Below are positions 46,845 through 56,159 of a stretch of 64,000 nucleotides of DNA, piece after piece; position 1 is the first letter of the stretch; every line of letters begins with the position of its first letter. The translations under genes were made by a program, and so were the position numbers. Below the pieces are notes generated by a model. That model did not search any database. It was not told the origin of the DNA and was given only the letters and a program-made list of their open reading frames with translations. This DNA is from a virus. Taxonomy: Duplodnaviria; Heunggongvirae; Uroviricota; Caudoviricetes. The DNA is taken from the IMG/VR virus record IMGVR_UViG_3300043119_000732; one strand, written 5' to 3'.

Positions 46845-47249
46845 ATGAGTAAAACCAAACAAGTAATTATCATTAGAAAAGACCTCAAAATGCGTAGAGG
46901 TAAAGAAATATCTCAGGGTGCACATGCTTCTATGGGTGTTTTTACCAAACGAGCTAATTTTCAGGAAGATCCTTTTAACACATCTTGTCACTACATGATT
47001 TGTGATATAGATAGAGCGATGAGAGCCTGGTTAGAAGGTTCATTTGCAAAAGTAGTTGTAACAGTTCAAACCGAGCAAGAACTTATTGATCTTGAAATTA
47101 AAGCTAAAGAAGCTAAAATACCTTGCTGTCTAATTGAGGATAACGGTATTACAGAATTTAATGGAGTTAAAACTAAAACTGCATTAGCAATTGGGCCTTG
47201 GTGGCCTGAAGAAATTGATAAGATTACTGGAACATTACCATTATATTAA
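46845..47249 (+). CDS. pth2: peptidyl-tRNA hydrolase, PTH2 family
   Basis: VIIIRKDLKMRRGKEISQGAHAS matches the PTH2 signature (V…R.DL.MgkGK.aaQ..HA). 134 aa, the typical PTH2 size. Confidence 0.7.
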   Translation: MSKTKQVIIIRKDLKMRRGKEISQGAHASMGVFTKRANFQEDPFNTSCHYMICDIDRAMRAWLEGSFAKVVVTVQTEQELIDLEIKAKEAKIPCCLIEDNGITEFNGVKTKTALAIGPWWPEEIDKITGTLPLY

Positions 47250-47250
47250 A

Positions 47251-47613
47251 ATGCCAAATAATTACAAACTCTATTTTACATTTCATCAGTGGGCCGCTAC
47301 AGGTGAAGGCGTTAAATTTCAATTTATGATTTGTGGTAGCAAAACACCAGATGGTGCTAAAAAGAAACATCTCGAAGAGTTTATGCCTGTTTTTAAAGAG
47401 GTTGTTAAGATTGGTTTGCCAACAGCAGATCTTTATTACCTTAAATCACAAATTGCAGCAATACCACTCAGAACAAACGGTAAACTTAATAAGAAAGTAG
47501 CAGCTATTCTAAACGATTTTCTTAACCACAGCATGATTGAGTACGTTACTAAAATGATAGAAGAAGAAGGTTTAATGAGTTTAAAATTTGAGAGCTATGC
47601 AAACTTATCATAA
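47251..47613 (+). CDS. hypothetical protein
   Basis: ORF 47191..47613; the internal ATG at 47251 directly follows the pth2 stop. Confidence 0.35.
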   Translation: MPNNYKLYFTFHQWAATGEGVKFQFMICGSKTPDGAKKKHLEEFMPVFKEVVKIGLPTADLYYLKSQIAAIPLRTNGKLNKKVAAILNDFLNHSMIEYVTKMIEEEGLMSLKFESYANLS

Positions 47614-47673
47614 GATATACAATTAAATCTAAGGAACTTTAATAAAATTAAAATGTAACAAATTATTATCATT

Positions 47674-48414
47674 ATGAAGCTACACGAACTACTCGCAGTC
47701 GAGAATTCTCTCGAAAATCAGACAAACAAGGTACGTAACGAACTCGCCACGACCTTTGAAAAGAAGCGTCATCTCTTCGAAGAGAAGAAGATTGTATTTA
47801 CACCTTCCGGTGAAGGTCAGTCAACGGTCGAGTCTCAGCTTGATATTCAGACCACTGTTGATAAGGAATTGAAGCTTATTGCTGGGTTTATTACCAAGGC
47901 TCTCGATGCTTCGTATCAGGTTGCTGAAACTAATACTGCAGCTCGCGGTGATATTACTCTTGAAGATGGCACTGTAATTGCTAAGGATGTACCTGCTACC
48001 GCTCTTCTTGAACTTGAGAAGCGTCTAATTGAGATTAATTCTTTAATCCTTTCTATTCCTACTCTCGACCCTGCTAAAGGATTTACACATGATGCTGCTC
48101 GTGGTGGTGGTATCTATCAAGCCCGTACAATTAATAAGACTCGTACGAAGAAGGAAAAGTCAGTAATCGTTCTATATCCTGCGACCGACAAGCACCCTGC
48201 CCAGACTCAGCTTGTTGATGAAGACAAGGTTATCGGTAATATTCAAGAGCAAGAGTGGTCTGGTCTTATTACTCCTGCGCAAAAGTCTGAGTATCTTAGT
48301 CGAGTTGATACTTTGACTCGTGCAGTTAAGCAGGCCCGTTCTCGTGCTAACGATACCGAGGTCGATAAGAATAAGAAGATCGGTGCTAAGTTGATTAGCT
48401 ATATCTTCAACTAA
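47674..48414 (+). CDS. hypothetical protein (GC-richer, highly charged)
   Basis: 246 aa with elevated GC. Followed by a long structured 3' region and a strong terminator. Confidence 0.45.
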   Translation: MKLHELLAVENSLENQTNKVRNELATTFEKKRHLFEEKKIVFTPSGEGQSTVESQLDIQTTVDKELKLIAGFITKALDASYQVAETNTAARGDITLEDGTVIAKDVPATALLELEKRLIEINSLILSIPTLDPAKGFTHDAARGGGIYQARTINKTRTKKEKSVIVLYPATDKHPAQTQLVDEDKVIGNIQEQEWSGLITPAQKSEYLSRVDTLTRAVKQARSRANDTEVDKNKKIGAKLISYIFN

Positions 48415-48727
48415 AACAATTTCGGGTGGCTCCTTCGGGAGTATCCAGGCTCAAAGTGAAATCCGGGTCTAAACCGGTCATGCTCAAGTTCAAACTAAGG
48501 CTATTCACTCGAGGCTCAAAACCCGACTAAGAAGGTTCTTTAAAAGATAGTGTCTATTTAAACCAGATGCGGCTGTTCAAATCAGCTCCTGACCCCCAAT
48601 TTCCGGTTAGTATATATGGTCAGGTAACTTAGTGGTAGAGTGCTGGTATTAAGCTAAAAACACAAAGCATTTTAAAGAACAGAGCTAAAAAACGCTCTTT
48701 GTCACATATTATGAAAATATGACAACA

Positions 48728-48769
48728 GGCAGGGCATTCGCGAGGTAGCGGGCCCTGCCACCTTTTTTT
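48728..48769 (+). terminator. rho-independent terminator (possible attenuator for the downstream prs-like gene)
   Basis: ggcagggc-attcgcgaggtagcg-ggccctgcc followed by T8. Lies 63 nt upstream of the prs-like start. Confidence 0.75.
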
Positions 48770-48832
48770 ATAATTCAGCTTACTCTGTGTTAGTTTTAAC
48801 TAATCCAAGGGAACAATATTACAATATCTTAC

Positions 48833-49699
48833 ATGAACTTTCGAACATATAAAGGAACACATGAACTTGTGATTAAGCAAGCTACCTTCCCAGGTGGTGA
48901 GGTTCTTATACAAACTCAACCAAACTTTGGGTTTTTTAATACGCAAGATACAATTCGTATTGAAGCGCGTATTCGTAATAGCGATGACTTATTTGCCCTT
49001 GCTCTCATTAAGGATGCTATCGAGAATGAACAGATAACTTATGGTGATAAATCGAGTATTGAGCTTATTATACCTTATGTACCATATGCCCGACAAGATC
49101 GTACATGCTGTAAAGGTGAACCACATAGCCTAAAGGTATTTGCTAAATTTATTAATAATTTGAATTTTGATCGTGTAATCGTATGTGATCCTCATAGCGA
49201 TGTTACTGGTGCATTAATCGATCGAGTTAAAATTATCGACCAGGTACAAATAATTAATGATTTTACAGCGTTTTGTAAACGTGTATTACAGGGTGTACTA
49301 TTTGTAAGTCCAGATGCAGGTGCAAATAAAAAGACTGCAAATGTTGCTAAGTATTTTGACCATATTCGATTTATTCGTGCTGATAAACTTCGTGACCTTG
49401 CAACAGGTAAAATTATTGAAACCTCTATATTTGCGGATGATCTTAATGGTGCTGATATAGTAATTGCAGATGATATTTGCGATGGTGGTCGCACCTTTAT
49501 CGAACTCGCTAAATCTCTTAAGAAAAAGAATGCAGGTAATGTGATTCTATACGTTACTCATGGTATTTTTAGTCAAGGTGTTGATACTCTATTTGCAAAT
49601 GGTATAGATGAGATTTATACAACTAATAGCTACAGTACCGATTTAAATATCGAAGAGAAGAATAAAAATAAGTTATATATCCATAATCTTACATTTTAA
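48833..49699 (+). CDS. prs: ribose-phosphate pyrophosphokinase (PRPP synthetase) family protein; Prs or the phage Adps-type homolog
   Basis: IPYVPYARQDR matches the Prs motif PYFGYARQDR. IVIADDICDGGRTF is the PRPP-binding loop (DDxxDTGGT-like). Confidence 0.75.
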   Translation: MNFRTYKGTHELVIKQATFPGGEVLIQTQPNFGFFNTQDTIRIEARIRNSDDLFALALIKDAIENEQITYGDKSSIELIIPYVPYARQDRTCCKGEPHSLKVFAKFINNLNFDRVIVCDPHSDVTGALIDRVKIIDQVQIINDFTAFCKRVLQGVLFVSPDAGANKKTANVAKYFDHIRFIRADKLRDLATGKIIETSIFADDLNGADIVIADDICDGGRTFIELAKSLKKKNAGNVILYVTHGIFSQGVDTLFANGIDEIYTTNSYSTDLNIEEKNKNKLYIHNLTF

Positions 49700-49763
49700 T
49701 GAAAATAACTGATAAATTTATATTCTTTGATATAGATGTTAGACGTAAAATTACACAAAATTT

Positions 49764-50651
49764 ATGACCAAAAGCGACCCATATCTTTCTAATGAACTTT
49801 GTATAGAACGTCTATACAAAGAATATCAAAAGCATAATAGACTCATCATAGCAGTTGATTATGATGATACCTTATATGATTGGCACGGTAAAGGCACGAC
49901 ACATGAGTTTGTAATTGATCTCATGAAGAGATGCAAAGCTCTTGGATTTTACGTAGTGATATTTACTGCTAGTAAAGTAGAGAGACATACATCGATCAGA
50001 GTTTATTGTGCTGAAAAGGGTATCGAGATAGACTCTATCAATAAGAATCCTATCGCTCTCCCATATGGAAACGAAGGTAAGATATATTATAACATCTTCC
50101 TTTGTGACCGTGCCGGTCTTCGCTCTAGCTATTATATACTAGAGCAGGTTGTTACTCGAATCGAAAAAGAGAGACGCGAAAAGGTTTATCTTAAACCTAC
50201 AGATATCTATAATGGTCATCTCTCTGATCTCGATTCTATTTTCTTAGCTGGTTCTATATCTAATGCAGTCGATTGGCAACAAATTGCTGCTGATAAACTT
50301 ACTCCTCATTTCGATGTATTTAATCCTCGTCGATATGACTTTAACGTACTTGATAGCACGATGGAAGAAGAACAAATTAAATGGGAGTTCGAACATTTAG
50401 TTGCAGCCAAGCAAGTAATATTCTGGTTTAGTAATGAAACACTAGCACCGATTTCTTTATATGGACTTGGATTGTTTGGATATAAAGCACACTTTATTGG
50501 CATACACCCAGAATTTAAACGTAAACGTGATGTAGAAATTCAAACCAAACTCAGAAACCCAGATGCGAAGATATTCTACGATCTTAATGAAATGTTAGAT
50601 GCTGTTATTGCATCCAAAGATGTACTACCAGGAAATAAATTAAAATTATAA
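49764..50651 (+). CDS. fusion protein: HAD-like phosphatase N-domain plus nucleoside 2-deoxyribosyltransferase-like C-domain
   Basis: N-terminal IAVDYDDTLYD is HAD motif I (DxDxT). The C-terminal FLAGSISNAVDW…FDVFNP…VIFWF resembles the nucleoside-deoxyribosyltransferase Rossmann-like family. Confidence 0.5.
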   Translation: MTKSDPYLSNELCIERLYKEYQKHNRLIIAVDYDDTLYDWHGKGTTHEFVIDLMKRCKALGFYVVIFTASKVERHTSIRVYCAEKGIEIDSINKNPIALPYGNEGKIYYNIFLCDRAGLRSSYYILEQVVTRIEKERREKVYLKPTDIYNGHLSDLDSIFLAGSISNAVDWQQIAADKLTPHFDVFNPRRYDFNVLDSTMEEEQIKWEFEHLVAAKQVIFWFSNETLAPISLYGLGLFGYKAHFIGIHPEFKRKRDVEIQTKLRNPDAKIFYDLNEMLDAVIASKDVLPGNKLKL

Positions 50652-50658
50652 TACAATT

Positions 50659-51711
50659 ATGAGCCATTATATTATCACCGGTTCCAGTGTTTCAGTCAAA
50701 AACGAAGCTGCTCTTTCGATTGAAAAGAAACTTCCTGTCGGAAACTATGCCGTAAAGGAACACCCTCAGACCGGGCTTTACCTTGAAATAGTTGATCGAT
50801 TTAAAATGCCAAGCCACATTTTTGGCAATACTCCTGATCGTTCTAAACGTATTATCAATACGTTTCTTGACCGCGAATGCAGCACAGGAGTTTTACTCGC
50901 TGGAGAAAAAGGCAGTGGTAAAACTCTTCTTGCTAAGAGTCTTTCGATTGAGTGTGCTAAACTTGGTTATCCTACCATAATCATTAATAACGATTGGTGC
51001 GGTGATGAGTTTAATCAGCTTATTCAGAATATTGATGAACCTGCAGTTGTAATGTTTGATGAGTTTGAGAAGATATACGATGACGAAAAACAAGAGCAAG
51101 TATTGACGCTTCTTGATGGGGTATACCCTACGAAGAAGCTTTTTGTAATTACTTGTAATGATAAATGGCGTATTAACCAGCATATGCGCAATCGCCCTGG
51201 TCGTTTGTATTATATGCTCGATTATCGTGGACTTGATCAAAACTTCATCGTCGAGTATTGTAATGCGATGCTTAATGAGAAGAAACACATTCAGCTTATC
51301 TGTCGTATCTCTGGGTTGTTTGATTCATTCAACTTCGATATTCTTAAAGCACTTGTCGAAGAGATGAATCGATATAAAGAAGACCCTATCAAAGCTCTTG
51401 AGATGCTCAATGCTAAACCTGGTAGTGATAGTGAAGCTAACTTTAGTATTACGTTTGCTGTTAAAGGTAAAATTCAAGATAAAAACGCAATTTATCCGAA
51501 TATTATCGAAGGTCTACCGCTTGGTAAGACCCACCATTTTACAGTTTATAGTAAAGCTGACAAAAAACCTGACCGCCGTGTTGAAGTTGGTGAAGATAAT
51601 ATTATCAATGTTGATACCGAAAAAGGTATTTTTATATATAAACTAGATGATATGACGTTTACCATGACGCGTGATAACGGCAATCAGATTGACTTCTATA
51701 GACATCTATAA
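50659..51711 (+). CDS. AAA+ ATPase (MoxR/CobS-like), paralog of the 35344 gene
   Basis: Walker A LLAGEKGSGKT. Walker B VVMFDEFE. Also NRPGRLYY. Confidence 0.6.
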   Translation: MSHYIITGSSVSVKNEAALSIEKKLPVGNYAVKEHPQTGLYLEIVDRFKMPSHIFGNTPDRSKRIINTFLDRECSTGVLLAGEKGSGKTLLAKSLSIECAKLGYPTIIINNDWCGDEFNQLIQNIDEPAVVMFDEFEKIYDDEKQEQVLTLLDGVYPTKKLFVITCNDKWRINQHMRNRPGRLYYMLDYRGLDQNFIVEYCNAMLNEKKHIQLICRISGLFDSFNFDILKALVEEMNRYKEDPIKALEMLNAKPGSDSEANFSITFAVKGKIQDKNAIYPNIIEGLPLGKTHHFTVYSKADKKPDRRVEVGEDNIINVDTEKGIFIYKLDDMTFTMTRDNGNQIDFYRHL

Positions 51712-51834
51712 AGTCACGCTTGGGTAGTTGATTCCAAATGAACTTTAATAAAATAATTTTGTTAGATCGATGCGTATATATGAATCATTCAAGTGATTTG
51801 ATTCTGTAAAAGCATCGAGACTCAACACAAACAT

Positions 51835-53421
51835 ATGAAAACTAATCCGCTAAATCTAATCGATGGCTATAAAGCCGACCATCGTCGTCAATATCCAGTA
51901 GGTACTGAGTTGGTTTACTCTAACTTTACCCCGCGTTCTACTAGACACGCTGCAAAAGTAAAAGGAGTTGATAATAAAGTAGTATTCTTTGGCCTTCAAT
52001 ATCTTCTAAAGTGGTTGCTTATTGATACCTTTAATCAGGAGTTCTTCAATCAGCCTAAAGAAAAGGTTATAAAGAAGTATAAGCGCCGTCTTGATAACTA
52101 CCTAGGTACTGGAGCTGTACCTATTGATCATATCGAACAGTTACACGACATCGGTTATCTTCCAATCTCTATTAGTGCCCTACCTGAGGGTGCTGTAGTT
52201 GATGAGAAGATTCCGGTGTTTGTTATCGAAAATACCACCTCAGGTGCTTTTTGGCTTACTAATTATCTCGAGACTATCTTGAGTAATATGATTTGGAAGC
52301 CTTGTACCAGTGCTACAACCGCTCGTAAGTATCGTATTCTTCTTAAGAGATATGCAAAGCTTACCGGTGCTGATGTTAATTTCGTTGACTTCCAAGCTCA
52401 CGATTTTAGCTTCCGTGGTATGTCTAGCCCTCAGGACGCGGTAATGTCTGGTGCTGCTCACCTTGCAGCTGGTAATCTCGGTACCGATACGATCCCTGCG
52501 ATCGATCTACTCGAAGATTACTATAATGCTAACTCTGATAAGGAGCTAGTCGGTTGTTCGGTACCTGCGACTGAACACTCTGTAATGTGTGCTGGTGGTC
52601 AAGGTGATGAACTCTATACCTTTAAACGTCTTATTACTGAGTTATATCCACAAGGTATTGTCTCAATTGTATCCGACACTTGGGACTTCTGGCAGGTTAT
52701 CACAGTATTCTTACCTGCTCTTAAGAACGAGATTCTCGCTCGTAAAGGTGGACCTGTTGGAGATAAGGTTGTAATCCGACCTGACTCTGGCGATCCTATT
52801 CGAATCATCTGTGGTTACAATGAAGACGAAGTCATTCGAAAGGACAGTAAGATTTTCCTTGACGATAACACATCACTGATTAAAGCGATACCAGGAAAAG
52901 AGATCACCGAAGCTGAATTCAAAGGAGCTATCCAGTGCCTTTGGGACACGTTCGGTGGTACTGTAACTGAGAAAGGATTCAAAGTTCTTGACTCTCACAT
53001 TGGTTTGATTTATGGTGACTCGATTACACTCGAGCGCGCCTATCAAATCATGGAAGGGTTGATGAAGAAAGGGTTCGCAAGTACTAACGTCGTTCTCGGT
53101 GTTGGTTCTTATACCTATCAGTATTGTACTCGTGATACTCTTGGATTTGCAATGAAGGCAACATCGGTAACCGTAAATGGTGAAGAGCGTGCGATCTTTA
53201 AGGATCCTAAGACTGATGGTGGTATGAAGAAGTCTGCTAAGGGTTATCTTGCAGTGTTTAAGAACGACAAAGGTGATTATGTCCTCCACGACGAAGTTAC
53301 CAAGGTCGTTGCTGATAACTGCGATCTTAAAGAGGTCTTCCGAGATGGTAAGCTGTTGATTGATTATACTCTAGCCGATATTCGAGCGCGAGTAAATGAG
53401 AGCATTAATAAAGCTCTCTGA
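51835..53421 (+). CDS. nadV: nicotinamide phosphoribosyltransferase (NAMPT/NadV) family
   Basis: Collinear with NAMPT along its length: DGYKADHRRQYP, FGLQYLLK, AFWLTNYLETIL, DFSFRGMSS, VPATEHSVM, IVSDTWDFW, VIRPDSGDP. Confidence 0.85.
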   Translation: MKTNPLNLIDGYKADHRRQYPVGTELVYSNFTPRSTRHAAKVKGVDNKVVFFGLQYLLKWLLIDTFNQEFFNQPKEKVIKKYKRRLDNYLGTGAVPIDHIEQLHDIGYLPISISALPEGAVVDEKIPVFVIENTTSGAFWLTNYLETILSNMIWKPCTSATTARKYRILLKRYAKLTGADVNFVDFQAHDFSFRGMSSPQDAVMSGAAHLAAGNLGTDTIPAIDLLEDYYNANSDKELVGCSVPATEHSVMCAGGQGDELYTFKRLITELYPQGIVSIVSDTWDFWQVITVFLPALKNEILARKGGPVGDKVVIRPDSGDPIRIICGYNEDEVIRKDSKIFLDDNTSLIKAIPGKEITEAEFKGAIQCLWDTFGGTVTEKGFKVLDSHIGLIYGDSITLERAYQIMEGLMKKGFASTNVVLGVGSYTYQYCTRDTLGFAMKATSVTVNGEERAIFKDPKTDGGMKKSAKGYLAVFKNDKGDYVLHDEVTKVVADNCDLKEVFRDGKLLIDYTLADIRARVNESINKAL

Positions 53422-53428
53422 TTATATA

Positions 53429-53463
53429 GGCTCAGATCATAAAAGGTCTGAGCCTTTTTTTTT
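53429..53463 (+). terminator. rho-independent terminator
   Basis: ggctcagatcataaaaggtctgagcc followed by T9. Confidence 0.8.
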
Positions 53464-53484
53464 GGAACTAAAATATCATTCTGT

Positions 53485-53691
53485 ATGTTAATATTTCTAT
53501 CTATTTTATTTCTTCTTATATGGAGTATAGTTGGAGTTTGTATACTAAAGCATCTGTCTAATACAAAACCATTCCCTACAAACACTTTACAGTTTTTAGC
53601 TGTATTTATCGCATGCGGCCCTGTTGCATGGGTACTACTTATTATCTGCCTTGTTATTGACATAGCAACTAAAGGACAATACCTTGAATAA
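53485..53691 (+). CDS. small membrane protein
   Basis: 68 aa with two transmembrane segments. Confidence 0.4.
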   Translation: MLIFLSILFLLIWSIVGVCILKHLSNTKPFPTNTLQFLAVFIACGPVAWVLLIICLVIDIATKGQYLE

Positions 53692-54082
53692 CCTCGATCG
53701 ATTTAATACTCCAGTAGTAACTGGTAACTATAAAACATTGAATGATACTGTAAAGTCTTTTGGATGTAAAAACATTCAATTTAGTATCTTTGATACAGTA
53801 TCATACGGTGATGGCGCGGGTCAAGAATGGATAATTATATATCCAGATATTACTTCAAGTCAACCTGTATTCAAAGGTGAATGTAGATTTTGTGTTGATT
53901 ACTGGAGAATATCTGAGCGGCCTATATACTTTACTTTAGAAAACCCTACTTGGAAAGATATTATAATAGAGTTAGATAATATTATGAAGCAAGGCGATGG
54001 TTGTGGTATCTTTCTAGAGAATATTAACGTTAGAAAAGATAAATTTGGATTACAATATTATGAATTTGTAATAGGAAGCTAA
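53684..54082 (+). CDS. hypothetical protein
   Basis: 132 aa ORF. Confidence 0.4.
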   Translation: MNNLDRFNTPVVTGNYKTLNDTVKSFGCKNIQFSIFDTVSYGDGAGQEWIIIYPDITSSQPVFKGECRFCVDYWRISERPIYFTLENPTWKDIIIELDNIMKQGDGCGIFLENINVRKDKFGLQYYEFVIGS

Positions 54083-54083
54083 T

Positions 54084-54338
54084 ATGACAAAACAAGAATT
54101 TGAGCGAGCCTTGATATTAGACTATCTGGCTAACAGAGAGAATGCGCTAGTATTCTCTATATACGCTAACTTTAAAATAATTTATATTCAAGTACTTGAA
54201 ACGTATGTAGGTATAATGATGAGTGATTTTAATAACATAACGAAAAGCTATACATGTAGTATTGAAGTATTAGATTCTAAAGGTAAAATTGACTTTGATA
54301 TTGCATACACAAAATTAGAAAGTATGATCAATGAGTGA
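54084..54338 (+). CDS. hypothetical protein
   Basis: 84 aa ORF. Confidence 0.35.
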   Translation: MTKQEFERALILDYLANRENALVFSIYANFKIIYIQVLETYVGIMMSDFNNITKSYTCSIEVLDSKGKIDFDIAYTKLESMINE

Positions 54339-55080
54339 TATCTATACTATTACACACCCTGAAAATGATATATTCTTTGTAAGTGATTGCCACTTTCATC
54401 ATGATAAAGACTTTGTATATAAACCAAGAGGTTATACTTCTTGTAATGACGCACTTGAAGGTATAATCGGTAAATGGAATGAAACATGTACTTATGACTC
54501 TATAGCTTTTCATCTTGGAGACTTTGTATTTGGTGATCCAGATGGTAAGAAGATTCAAAATCTATTTAGACGTCTAAAATTTCATACTCTTTTTCTTCTA
54601 CCTGGTAACCATACATCAGGTTGGAGGCAGATGTATAAAACTAATAAGCTTAAGCTTTACCCATATATTGCACCTGAAGTGGATATCTTTCCATTGGTTA
54701 CTGAGTTTGAAGGACGTAGAGTAATATATATACCAAACTATATTGAACTAAGGATAAATAAAGATACGCATATGGTATTGAGTCATTACCCTATTGGCTC
54801 TTGGAATTGTCAAAATAAAGGCTCTATTCATCTTTCTGGTCATTGTCATGGTAATTACCCTATATCAAATAAGAATACTGGTAACGGTAGACAACTTGAC
54901 GTTGGTATAGAATCATTTGGAAAGCCCATTAGTTTAACTGAAGTAAAAGCTCATCTCAAAAATAGACCACATGGTCTTGTAGATCATCACGGTAAAAGAG
55001 AAGGATTTACTTCTGAGTTTATGAACGGACCCGAAGACTCACCTTATAAAGACTACAACAACGATAAGAAAGTACTATGA
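54331..55080 (+). CDS. calcineurin-like metallophosphoesterase
   Basis: Motifs D-x-H (SDCHFHHD), GD (LGDFVFGD) and GNH (LPGNHTSGW). Confidence 0.65.
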   Translation: MSDIYTITHPENDIFFVSDCHFHHDKDFVYKPRGYTSCNDALEGIIGKWNETCTYDSIAFHLGDFVFGDPDGKKIQNLFRRLKFHTLFLLPGNHTSGWRQMYKTNKLKLYPYIAPEVDIFPLVTEFEGRRVIYIPNYIELRINKDTHMVLSHYPIGSWNCQNKGSIHLSGHCHGNYPISNKNTGNGRQLDVGIESFGKPISLTEVKAHLKNRPHGLVDHHGKREGFTSEFMNGPEDSPYKDYNNDKKVL

Positions 55081-55643
55081 TCAAACTAACATTTCAAACT
55101 GAACATGATTATATTAAATTTGTAAGAACTGCTTGCATCTTTACTCATTTGCGTGCATATAATGCGGCAGCACATGTATGGAAAAAAGAAGATATGCCGT
55201 TTATCTCTAAGGTAGATGATAAGGAGTTCAGAGAAGAAAACTTCCAAGAGTGGAAGAAATGTTTTGAAGTTTATGAAAAGGCAGAGAAAGAATACGGAGA
55301 AGATATGTTTTATTGGAGAGGTATATTTGAGGGCTATTCTGCTGAAACACTTCTTTATAGTTTGGGATTGGTTTACAATCCAGACGAAGATGGTGATGGT
55401 GTTACATATATTGCTTCTGATTTGGATGTTGATTTAAATACGTTAAAGCGTAACGAGGATTTTCCAAAATCTTTTCCATGTGTAACTTGTGTTGAAGATG
55501 GTAATAAGTACGATGGTCTATTTATAAATCATGTTTATTTAGAAGACTTTAAAGACGAATCTCCACTCCTAAAATTTGATTGGCTTGAAGAGAATGTTCG
55601 AGCTTTTTGGGTTGAAGGTAAGGGTAGTTATTACGGAGGATAA
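55077..55643 (+). CDS. hypothetical protein
   Basis: 188 aa ORF. Confidence 0.4.
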   Translation: MIKLTFQTEHDYIKFVRTACIFTHLRAYNAAAHVWKKEDMPFISKVDDKEFREENFQEWKKCFEVYEKAEKEYGEDMFYWRGIFEGYSAETLLYSLGLVYNPDEDGDGVTYIASDLDVDLNTLKRNEDFPKSFPCVTCVEDGNKYDGLFINHVYLEDFKDESPLLKFDWLEENVRAFWVEGKGSYYGG

Positions 55644-55647
55644 CAAG

Positions 55648-55842
55648 ATGAAAAAACATCTCAAATGGTTTGCTAAATATGGTGGATTGGTAATCTTTGC
55701 TATTTTTCTATATTTATGTGTATGCTGGTGGTTGCCATTGTATGAATTACAAATCGGATTAAAAGCTGTTTTTGTTAGTCATGCAATTATAGGAATAATT
55801 CTTTGGATTGCATACGGTGCTGGAGCGCTTGATGGTGATTAA
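55648..55842 (+). CDS. small membrane protein
   Basis: ORF 55576..55842. The ATG at 55648 (MKKHLKWFAKYGGLVIFAIFLYL…) follows the upstream stop. Confidence 0.4.
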   Translation: MKKHLKWFAKYGGLVIFAIFLYLCVCWWLPLYELQIGLKAVFVSHAIIGIILWIAYGAGALDGD

Positions 55843-55847
55843 TAATC

Positions 55848-56159
55848 GTGTATTCAAATATGAAATTAAATAAAAAACTAATAAGTGGATGGAGGTGTCG
55901 TTTATATGGAACGGATGGAGTTGAGGTTGAAGAAATTGAATTAAAACATCTGGACGGTATAAATTTTCAACGTAGCGGTAAAGTTGAAGATAACGACTGG
56001 TTTATGCAGAATAACTCTGCTGAATTTATTGTTGACAGTGATAAATTTTTCATTATTGAAAATGGAACTAGACATGATGCCGAAGATTGGTTATATCATT
56101 GTCATTTAGACGGAGATTTAGGTTATGACGCGATTTATATTAAAAGATTTAGACAATGA
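55848..56159 (+). CDS. hypothetical protein
   Basis: 103 aa ORF. Confidence 0.4.
   Translation: MYSNMKLNKKLISGWRCRLYGTDGVEVEEIELKHLDGINFQRSGKVEDNDWFMQNNSAEFIVDSDKFFIIENGTRHDAEDWLYHCHLDGDLGYDAIYIKRFRQ

Noticed and set aside
48420-48720. Calling the 300-nt GC-rich leader a specific riboswitch class
   Set aside because: Conserved aptamer cores cannot be verified by eye, so only a generic structured-RNA/attenuator candidate is reported.
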